Assembly: GCA_017407205.1 (NCBI GenBank)
Contig: JAFQXA010000016.1
Coordinates: forward strand, 86,726 to 150,725
Length of the DNA stretch: 64,000 bases
Origin: Clostridia bacterium
GTDB lineage: Bacteria > Bacillota > Clostridia > Christensenellales > CAG-138
Direction: 5' to 3'
Under the pieces are notes generated by a model. It made no database searches. It had not been told where the DNA came from and was given only the letters and a program-made list of their open reading frames with translations. Of this stretch, positions 17,556 through 25,295 are shown one piece after another; within the stretch, counting starts at the first letter, position 1, and every line of letters starts with the position of its first letter. The position numbers and the translations under genes are program-made.

Positions 17556-18403
17556 TCTGTTTCACCGTCCGTCGAAATTATTACCATTACTTCTTCGATG
17601 TGATTGAAATCAACTGAAGGAGCAACAAGTGCGTTGCGCTCATTTGAATCATTGCCCGATGTGCGTGTAACTTCAGTTACAGTGCCTACTGCAATGCCCT
17701 TGGGGAATACACCGCCAAGCCCGTTGGTAACTATGATGTCACCCGGTACGAGGTCGCTTCCCGATGGGAGATAGTAAAGCTCAAGCGAAGAGGACGAGCC
17801 GTTTTCCAAAACGCCCTGCACCATAGCGCCGTCCCTCGTGCGTTCGACCATTACGCTTACTGTTGAACGAGAATCGATTATCGAGCTTACTTTTGCCCAT
17901 GTTGCACCGACGTCTGTTATTCTGCCAACGAGCCCCAAAGAGTTCACTACGGGCATATTCTTTTCAATTCCGCTTGTTCTGCCTGCGTTTATTGTGAATG
18001 TGTCAAACCAGGCTCCCTGACCTTTTGCTATTACGGAAGCTGTCACGTACTTGTAGCTTTCATTTGTTTGTGCGTAGTTTAAAAGCTGTTTTAAACGCTC
18101 GTTTTCAAGGCGAAGTTCCTCAAGCTCTTTTTCGGATTGCTCAAGCTGTGCAACACGAAGCTTTAACTGCTCATTTTCCTTGTCTGCATCGGTGGCATTA
18201 AAAACACGCGCGAAAAAGTCCACTATTCCGTTTGAAACATTGGACGCAAAGGTTTGCACGGGCTGTGCAATACTGCCAATAGTGCTTTCTACCCACGATA
18301 CCGTTCTGTCACCCGATGTGGCAAATATGAGTATCACAAGCACAAGCACTGTTGCAAGCATTATTATCAGAGGTTTGTTTTTGAAAAAATTATTACTCAT
18401 CAT
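17552..18403 (-). CDS. mreC: Rod shape-determining protein MreC
   Basis: N-terminal TM, coiled coil ENERLKQLL, GLVGRI, GDIIVTNGLGGVFPKGIAVG. Confidence 0.94.
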   Translation of the reverse strand: MMSNNFFKNKPLIIMLATVLVLVILIFATSGDRTVSWVESTIGSIAQPVQTFASNVSNGIVDFFARVFNATDADKENEQLKLRVAQLEQSEKELEELRLENERLKQLLNYAQTNESYKYVTASVIAKGQGAWFDTFTINAGRTSGIEKNMPVVNSLGLVGRITDVGATWAKVSSIIDSRSTVSVMVERTRDGAMVQGVLENGSSSSLELYYLPSGSDLVPGDIIVTNGLGGVFPKGIAVGTVTEVTRTSGNDSNERNALVAPSVDFNHIEEVMVIISTDGETE

Positions 18404-18408
18404 CCTAT

Positions 18409-18437
18409 ATTATAAGATGAAAAGCCGCCATGTGCAA
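18409..18437 (-). promoter_or_regulatory. Candidate SigA promoter for mreC, overlapping the terminator of the upstream LRR gene
   Basis: Minus strand reads TTGCAC-17 nt-TATAAT-ATAGG-ATG. The -35 lies in the hairpin GCCGCCATG-ACTTGCA-CATGGCGGC-TTTT. Confidence 0.6.
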
Positions 18438-18480
18438 GTCATGGCGGCAAATCGACATAATCTGTTCTAAATTTCAATGC

Positions 18481-21072
18481 TTACGCGGAGACTATTCTCT
18501 GAAGCTCAGCAATATCGCGTGAGTTTACTTTGGGATTACCGTCTGCATCGATATCATCGTTTGCGTTTGCAGCAGCGAAATAAATACCTTCAAGAAGCGT
18601 GCTGCCGGTTACGTGCCTCTGCAAAGAAGCAATATCTCGTGAGTTTATCTTACCGTCGCCCGTGATGTCGCCGGGGAGGAGAACAGTAATCTCATCAACT
18701 ACTGCAGAGTTCTTTACAAGCTGTATCTTTGAGCCTGTACCTGCGATATCATTGCCCGTAAGAATAATTGTACCGTCAGCTGTTACTATGCGGATGCTTG
18801 CTGAATCTTCAAATGTAGCAATGATGTCTGAAACTTTGGTTTCTTTTGTAATGCCCTTGAGTACCCCGGCGCTTACTGTGTAGGGTGAGCCGAATGTAGG
18901 TGTGAGCCTTGTAACGTCGCTTGCACCGTAGGGAGCGATGGGGTAGCCATACCAGTTATCTTCGTTATTGGGTGCCCATGAGCTTGCCCTGTCTGCCAAG
19001 TAGTAAATTGTAAAGCCTTCAGCTACGCTGTTGAATACGAAGTAACCGCTTGATGTGGGCTTATCTCCGAGGAAGTAGGCACTCTTAAGCTTTTCGCATT
19101 TTGCAAATGCGGAGGCGCCCAATGTTGTCAAAGAAGCAGGAAGGCGTACAGTCTCAAGTGCCGTGCAGGATGAAAATGCACTGCTGCCTATTTCCGTCAA
19201 TGTATCGGGGAAAATTATTGCTGTGAGGTTGGGACATGATGCAAATGCACTTGAGGGGATTGAAGTCATTGCAGCGGGGAGTGTAACCGATGTAATGAGC
19301 GTACCGGACATAGCACTTGAATCCATGCTTGAAACCGTACCGGGGAAAGTAAATGCACCCGTCTTTGCAGGGGGGAACGCTACAAGCTTTGTAACATCTT
19401 TGTTGTAAACAACACCGTCAACAGATGTGAAATTGGGGTTTGCTTCAGAAACTGTAATCGTATCAAGTGCATAGCAATTGAATGTCCAGAATGAACCGAA
19501 AGAGGAAAGACTGCTGCCGATTACAACTTCCTTGAGAGCATAACAGCCTGCGAATGTTGAAGCACCGATTGAAACAACGGAATCGGGGATAACCATTTGA
19601 GTAAGCTTTTCACATTTTGAGAATGCCATCATACCGATTGTCTCAATTGATGAGGGCATTGTTATTGCTGTCAAATCTGTCATGCCGAAGAATGCATTTG
19701 CAGCAATATCCGTTACGGGGAATCCGTTTATAGCGGAGGGGATTTCAATAGCACCGGTTACGCCGTCCGTCAAGCCCGTGATCGAGATTGTACCCTGGTC
19801 GGTTACATTGTACTCAAATATGCCATATGTACCGGATGAAATATTGGAGTATGAAGCGATGGGGTAACCAAAGCGTGTTTTTTCACCGTTGGGAGCCCAT
19901 GAAGAAACGTTTGCAAAACGGTAGTATATTTTAAATTCGGGAGCTGCATCGTCAAACACGCCTGCACCGAAGTACTGGGGAACAGCACCTCTGAAGTATG
20001 CACTTGTAAGTGATGAACAGCCATAGAATGCGTAGTCACCGATTGAGTTTATTGTTTCGGGAATAACTACCGACTGAATTTTTGAACAGCCTGTCAAAGA
20101 GAAGCTTTCAATAGCTGTTACGTATCTTCCGCCGATTTTGTCGGGGATAACGAGTGTAGACTGGATTTTTGCCTCATCAAAGCCGACTATTGTTACTGTA
20201 TTTGTGTCCTCTACAATGTACTTAAGTCCGTCATACGTACCGCTCATCTTTGAGTTGTAAGCAGAAATGGGATAAGCATCGGAAGAATAAGTTTTTTCAC
20301 CATTGGGTGCCCAGGCATTTGCGTTTTCTTCGTAATAGTAGATAGAGAAAGCAGGAGAAGCATTCTCAAAAACGCCTGTGCCGAAGGATGTGGGCGGAAG
20401 TGCTTCAAAGAATGCGTTTGTAAGTGATGTGCAGCGCCTAAAAGCACTGTTGCCGATCTTTGAAAGCGTGCCTTTGACTGTAAGGTCTTTGAGCATTATA
20501 CAGTCTGCAAAAGCTTCTGTTCCGATTGTGGTAACGGAAGCGGGGATTGTTACTGCTGTGAGGGAAGCACAGCCTTTGAATGCATAATCACTTATAACCT
20601 TGAGTGTGTTGGGGATATTGATGCTCTTTATTGACTTACAAAGATTAAATGCATATGCACCGAGTGTTGTAAGGTTTGTGGGGAGATTTACGGAAGCAAG
20701 CGCAGTACAGCCAAAGAATGCCCTTTCGCCGATTGAAGTTACGCTGTCGGGAATGTGTATGCTTGTGATGTTCATGCACATACGGAAAGCTTCATCAGCT
20801 ATTGCCGTAACGGGCAAAGCAATTGCGTTTGTCCAGGGGTCAAGCAAAGTATCGGGAATTACTATATCGCCCGATGCATCCTGAGCACAGCCCGTAATTG
20901 TTACAGAACCGTTGTTCTCTATTGTGTAAGTGAGAGAGCCATAGGGTAGTCCCGTTGCAATGGCACGCGTGACAGGAGCGCCAACAGCTTCTTTCATTTC
21001 TGCGTTTGCAAGTGATGTGCAAAGTGAGAAAACCATGATAATGGACAATACCAAGCATAAAAACTTTTTCAT
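18481..21072 (-). CDS. Secreted BspA-type leucine-rich-repeat (LRR_5) protein with a C-terminal dockerin-like domain
   Basis: Signal peptide MKKFLCLVLS...ANA, many IP.SVT.IG..AF.GC..L repeats, C-terminal GDITGDGKINSRDIASLQRHV...ANANDD...VNSRDIAELQRIV (duplicated Ca-binding dockerin segments). Confidence 0.88.
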   Translation of the reverse strand: MKKFLCLVLSIIMVFSLCTSLANAEMKEAVGAPVTRAIATGLPYGSLTYTIENNGSVTITGCAQDASGDIVIPDTLLDPWTNAIALPVTAIADEAFRMCMNITSIHIPDSVTSIGERAFFGCTALASVNLPTNLTTLGAYAFNLCKSIKSINIPNTLKVISDYAFKGCASLTAVTIPASVTTIGTEAFADCIMLKDLTVKGTLSKIGNSAFRRCTSLTNAFFEALPPTSFGTGVFENASPAFSIYYYEENANAWAPNGEKTYSSDAYPISAYNSKMSGTYDGLKYIVEDTNTVTIVGFDEAKIQSTLVIPDKIGGRYVTAIESFSLTGCSKIQSVVIPETINSIGDYAFYGCSSLTSAYFRGAVPQYFGAGVFDDAAPEFKIYYRFANVSSWAPNGEKTRFGYPIASYSNISSGTYGIFEYNVTDQGTISITGLTDGVTGAIEIPSAINGFPVTDIAANAFFGMTDLTAITMPSSIETIGMMAFSKCEKLTQMVIPDSVVSIGASTFAGCYALKEVVIGSSLSSFGSFWTFNCYALDTITVSEANPNFTSVDGVVYNKDVTKLVAFPPAKTGAFTFPGTVSSMDSSAMSGTLITSVTLPAAMTSIPSSAFASCPNLTAIIFPDTLTEIGSSAFSSCTALETVRLPASLTTLGASAFAKCEKLKSAYFLGDKPTSSGYFVFNSVAEGFTIYYLADRASSWAPNNEDNWYGYPIAPYGASDVTRLTPTFGSPYTVSAGVLKGITKETKVSDIIATFEDSASIRIVTADGTIILTGNDIAGTGSKIQLVKNSAVVDEITVLLPGDITGDGKINSRDIASLQRHVTGSTLLEGIYFAAANANDDIDADGNPKVNSRDIAELQRIVSA

Positions 21073-21113
21073 ATCATATCCTCCTGAATTTCGAGCAAAA
21101 TTTGCCTGTATAA

Positions 21114-21142
21114 ATTATAGTTCTTATAAACTCCCATGTCAA
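21114..21142 (-). promoter_or_regulatory. Perfect-consensus SigA promoter of the LRR/dockerin gene
   Basis: Minus strand TTGACA-17 nt-TATAAT; AGGAGG RBS before ATG 21072. Confidence 0.8.
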
Positions 21143-21430
21143 ATGAAACAATAGTATATTAAGCCACAATTTGTCGAAAAACTTTACGGAGAAGGAGAAG
21201 CAGAAATGCTTTCGGAATTTGATGCCTGTATAGCTTCATTGCTTTTGAGTAAAAGAAAAAAAGCACAGCACAAAAACAAAACGATAACCGTTACAGAAAT
21301 AAAAAATGCAGTTTTTTCAAGCCTCGTAAACATATAAAAATGTTAGGGTACGCAAAATACGCAGTCAAGAAAGAGGCCTGTCTAAAAAGAAGAAAAGAGC
21401 ACAGCTTTTGCTGTGCCCTTAACTTTGTAT

Positions 21431-22555
21431 TCAAGCGGATTTTGTTTGCGCTGTTTCAAGCTTTTTCGGGAATTTCTTTCCAAGTGCAGGCGGGAATATT
21501 TTGTCGATTATAAGCTCTGCAAGAAGCGGGAGGGCGACGCCCAAAACTACGGCTGCAAGACCTGCTGCGAGCAATATGATATCGATATAATTCTGAGCAA
21601 GACCTGAAGTAAGTTTTTTAAGCACGGGAATGCAAAGTCCCTGATAAAAAACGATGGGGAATTTATGCATAACGAGTATTGAGAGGGTATGTTTACCGAT
21701 ATAGTCAAGCACCTTGCTTTTCTTGACTGACATACAGATGAATACAAAGCCGATTATGCCAAGGAATGTAGCCGGACAAGCTGCCCACATATTGCCGTAG
21801 ACGCTTCCCAACATGCGGATTTTGAAAAATCCGCCACTTGCACTTATATTGAGTGAAGCAAAGTAAGCACCTGCTCCCATGATACATACACCTAAAATGA
21901 GTGAGGGAATACTTTTAAGCTTTGACATGTATTCCGTTGCACCCGATTGCGTCAACAGATAGCCCAAAAGGAAAAATGCAATCATGTGAAGAGCCGCATC
22001 AAAATTGAACGGGAGGTAGTGAATATCAAAGACCAGATTGTTTAAAAATCCCCACAATACGGACAATAATATAAAGGATGAAATTATGATTGCTTTTGAT
22101 GAGCGTTTTTTAAATTTATCGGTAAGCTTGCCGATGGGGAATGATAAAAGCATTACAATGAACAAGCAGGGCAAGAACCAGATGGGGGTGTTGGCTGCAC
22201 AAGTACCTGATAAAAGACGGAGAACCTGATCAAAGAAGCCACCTTCTATAACTCGCTGATCTGCAAGGGCATCTTTTACGAATACACCGAGGAGGGAGTA
22301 GATTACAATGCTCAGAAAGCCAAATATAAGATATGGAACAAGAAGTGTTCTTGCTTTGTTTTTTGCAAAGCCCGAAAAGCTTTTGTTCATAGTGCTGAAC
22401 ATAACTCCTGACATGAAAAATGTAGCAGGGCTTGCCCATGAATGAAGATAAGCCTGGAAGTTTCCGCTTTGGAAAGTATGACCGAAAACCATGCAGATCA
22501 TGGCTACAGCTTTTACGAGGCTTAACCAAAGAAGATGCTTTTTGTTGTCTGCCAT
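21431..22555 (-). CDS. Acyltransferase-3 (OafA/YrhL-like) membrane O-acyltransferase
   Basis: About 10 TM segments; K....I.MVFGH, FFMSG, K..TLLVPY, WFLPCLF and IGKHTL.I.VMH motifs. Start moved to ATG 22555. Confidence 0.82.
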   Translation of the reverse strand: MADNKKHLLWLSLVKAVAMICMVFGHTFQSGNFQAYLHSWASPATFFMSGVMFSTMNKSFSGFAKNKARTLLVPYLIFGFLSIVIYSLLGVFVKDALADQRVIEGGFFDQVLRLLSGTCAANTPIWFLPCLFIVMLLSFPIGKLTDKFKKRSSKAIIISSFILLSVLWGFLNNLVFDIHYLPFNFDAALHMIAFFLLGYLLTQSGATEYMSKLKSIPSLILGVCIMGAGAYFASLNISASGGFFKIRMLGSVYGNMWAACPATFLGIIGFVFICMSVKKSKVLDYIGKHTLSILVMHKFPIVFYQGLCIPVLKKLTSGLAQNYIDIILLAAGLAAVVLGVALPLLAELIIDKIFPPALGKKFPKKLETAQTKSA

Positions 22556-22727
22556 TTTTCGTGAAATTCCCCTTTTCGGTATGATATATAAATACAGATT
22601 AAGTATAAATCTCTTTTTTTTCTTTTGCAATATTTCTACATGTTAACTATGTGTGAAGATGGTAGGTTTGATTTACAAAGAATATGATAAATGGTATAAT
22701 GATTTTTAATGTTTGGAGGAATTTACT

Positions 22728-23867
22728 GTGGACAGAGTTAAAAGCAGTGCGCGTACTTGGGCTGAAATCGACCTTGACGCAATGAAGCACAATCTTGATA
22801 TAGCAAAAAATCAGGGCATGAAAGTCATGTGCGTTATAAAGGGCAATGCTTACGGGCATGGCTCAATCGGCTGTGCAAAGTTTTTGGAAAAAAACGGTGC
22901 GGATATGTTTGCGGTGGCTTGCCTTTCCGAGGCTTTGGAGCTTCGTGAGGCAGGAGTCACGCTTGACACACTTGTGCTTGGATACACTCCGCCGGATTAT
23001 GCAAGAGTACTTGCCGAAAACAATATAGTGCAGACAATAGTTGATATGGAAGCTGCCAGGGAAATGTCCGATGCCTGTATAAAAGAGGGTGTAACTGTCA
23101 ATGTTCATGTAAAGATTGATACAGGTATGTCAAGACTTGGGCTTTTTGCACAGGGGGAGGAAGCTGCACTTTCCGCTTCAAAGGAAGTTATTGAAATGTA
23201 TGATTTACCGGGCATTAACATAGTCGGTATGTATACGCATTTCGCAACTGCCGATATGCCGGGCAAGGATGAGTTTCAGACATGGCAGATGAATAACTTT
23301 AAAATAGTTATAGATGAGCTTATAAAGGTCGGCAAACGCCCCAAGGTATGCCATTCGGGTAACAGTGCCTGCATAATGAATTATCCCGAAACGTATATTG
23401 ATATGATTCGCATGGGCATTATGCTCTACGGTATGTATCCCGACAGCAAGCCACGTGAAAACGGTGAGCTCAAGCCTGCAATGACACTCAAGACAAGGGT
23501 TTCACAGGTTCGCGAGCTGCCTCCGGGCTGCCTTATAAGCTATGGCTGCACATACTGTTCAAGGTATCCGATGACGGTTGCAACAATTACGGCAGGTTAT
23601 GCAGACGGATATCCAAGGCGCATGAGCAACCGTGCCTATGTTGTAATAAACGGGGCACGCTGTGAGCAGATAGGCAGAGTTTGCATGGATATGATGATGG
23701 TAAATGTAACAGGCATCGACGTAAAACGCGGTGACGAGGTAATACTCTTTGGTGCAGGCGGCATGAGCTGCGAAGAGGTTTCACAGATTGTCGGTACTGT
23801 CAACTACGAGATAACAAGCCTTGTTCTTCCAAGAGCCGCACGAGTTTATAAAAAGAAAGAAGAATAA
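22728..23867 (+). CDS. alr: Alanine racemase
   Basis: WAEIDL, VIKGNAYGHG (PLP lysine), HVKIDTGMSRLG, ISYG, GYADG, GRVCMD. GTG start at 22728 behind GGAGG. Confidence 0.92.
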   Translation: MDRVKSSARTWAEIDLDAMKHNLDIAKNQGMKVMCVIKGNAYGHGSIGCAKFLEKNGADMFAVACLSEALELREAGVTLDTLVLGYTPPDYARVLAENNIVQTIVDMEAAREMSDACIKEGVTVNVHVKIDTGMSRLGLFAQGEEAALSASKEVIEMYDLPGINIVGMYTHFATADMPGKDEFQTWQMNNFKIVIDELIKVGKRPKVCHSGNSACIMNYPETYIDMIRMGIMLYGMYPDSKPRENGELKPAMTLKTRVSQVRELPPGCLISYGCTYCSRYPMTVATITAGYADGYPRRMSNRAYVVINGARCEQIGRVCMDMMMVNVTGIDVKRGDEVILFGAGGMSCEEVSQIVGTVNYEITSLVLPRAARVYKKKEE

Positions 23868-23886
23868 AAAATACAGGAACAATAAG

Positions 23887-23914
23887 AAAAGAACTCCGAC
23901 TCGGAGTTCTTTTT
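23887..23914. terminator. Bidirectional terminator between alr and rocD
   Basis: AAAAGAACTCCGA-C-TCGGAGTTCTTTTT. Confidence 0.8.
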
Positions 23915-23933
23915 GCTGTATTTATACTGATTG

Positions 23934-25127
23934 TTATTCGCTCAATGCCTTTGTTATCTTTTCGATTGCATCGTCGAGTTCTTCGTATGAGATAGTGATG
24001 GGCGGTGCAAAGCGGATTGTGCGTTCATGTGTTTCCTTTGCAAGAACACCGTTGTGAATGAGAGCGTAAACATAATCGTTTGCATTGATGTCAAACTCAA
24101 CACCTATGAGCATACCGCGACCGCGAATGTCAACTATGTGGCTGTTGTTGATTTTCCTGAGAGCGTTCATGAAATATTCGCCCTTTTCCTGTGCCATCTT
24201 AGGATAGTCATCACGAACCAGAATCTCCATCGCCTTGATGGAAACTGCACATGAGAGGGGATTTCCGCCAAATGTTGAGCCGTGTGAGCCGGGAGTGAAT
24301 ACCGAAAGTATGTCACGGTTTGCGGCAACTGCCGAAACAGGCATAACGCCACCGCCGAGTGCCTTGCCGAAAACATAGATGTCGGGAACAACATCTTCGT
24401 GCTGGCAGGCGAACATCTTACCTGTACGTGCAAAGCCCGTCTGTACTTCGTCGGCTATGAAAAGAACATTGTTCTTTTTGCAAAGCTCGGATGCCTTTTT
24501 GAGGAAACCTGCAGGGGGGATTATAATTCCTGCCTCGCCTTGTATGGGCTCAGCTAAAAATGCAACTGTATTTTCTGTTACAGCGTTTTCAAGTGCTTCA
24601 ATATCGCCATAGGGAATAACCTTAAAGCCCGGCGTGAAAGGACCAAAGCCCTTTCTGCAATCGGGATCGGTACTCATTGAGATAACGGTGATTGTTCTGC
24701 CGTGGAAATTGTTTTCGCAAACTATAATTTCCTGCTTGCCGTCTTCAACGCCCTTTACAAAAGCGCCCCAGCGACGGGCCGTTTTAAGTGCAGTTTCAAC
24801 TGCTTCCGCACCTGTGTTCATGGGGAGGATAAGCTCCTTACCCGAAAGGGCACTCAGACGTTCATAAAATTCACCAAGCAATTCATTGTGGAAAGCACGT
24901 GATGTAAGCGTAACGCTGTCAAGCTGATTTTTGGCAGCTTCGACTATTTCGGGATGCCTGTGGCCGAAGTTTAAAGCACTGTATGCACTGAGCATATCAT
25001 AATATTCATTGCCCTCGGGGTCCTTTACCTTGCAGCCGTCAGCCTGACTTATAACAACATTTTTGGGTGCATAGTTCTGTGCACCGAAACGGTTTGTTTG
25101 TTCAATAATTTCTTTTGAAGAAGCCAT
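23934..25127 (-). CDS. rocD: Ornithine--oxo-acid aminotransferase
   Basis: DMLSAYSALNFGHRHP, TLTSRAF, PMNTGAEAVE, EPIQGEAG, DEVQTG, FGKALGGG, HGSTFGGNP. Confidence 0.93.
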   Translation of the reverse strand: MASSKEIIEQTNRFGAQNYAPKNVVISQADGCKVKDPEGNEYYDMLSAYSALNFGHRHPEIVEAAKNQLDSVTLTSRAFHNELLGEFYERLSALSGKELILPMNTGAEAVETALKTARRWGAFVKGVEDGKQEIIVCENNFHGRTITVISMSTDPDCRKGFGPFTPGFKVIPYGDIEALENAVTENTVAFLAEPIQGEAGIIIPPAGFLKKASELCKKNNVLFIADEVQTGFARTGKMFACQHEDVVPDIYVFGKALGGGVMPVSAVAANRDILSVFTPGSHGSTFGGNPLSCAVSIKAMEILVRDDYPKMAQEKGEYFMNALRKINNSHIVDIRGRGMLIGVEFDINANDYVYALIHNGVLAKETHERTIRFAPPITISYEELDDAIEKITKALSE

Positions 25128-25295
25128 ATTGTCCTCCTGTGCATTTTAAAATTACAACTATAACATTATATATCATTTACCTTTATTTTGCAATGATGCA
25201 AGATTCTTTGAATGTTCTTAAAAGCTTTACAATCAGCACATGATTTATATTATATAATTAAGTGTGGCATTATACGGTTTTTACGAGGTGAAAAG

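Noticed and set aside
21431-23867. Split VanT-like serine racemase (acyltransferase-3 membrane domain plus racemase) suggesting glycopeptide resistance
   Set aside because: The two genes are divergent rather than fused or co-transcribed, and no van ligase, vanXY or vanRS is nearby; a housekeeping alr is the simpler reading.
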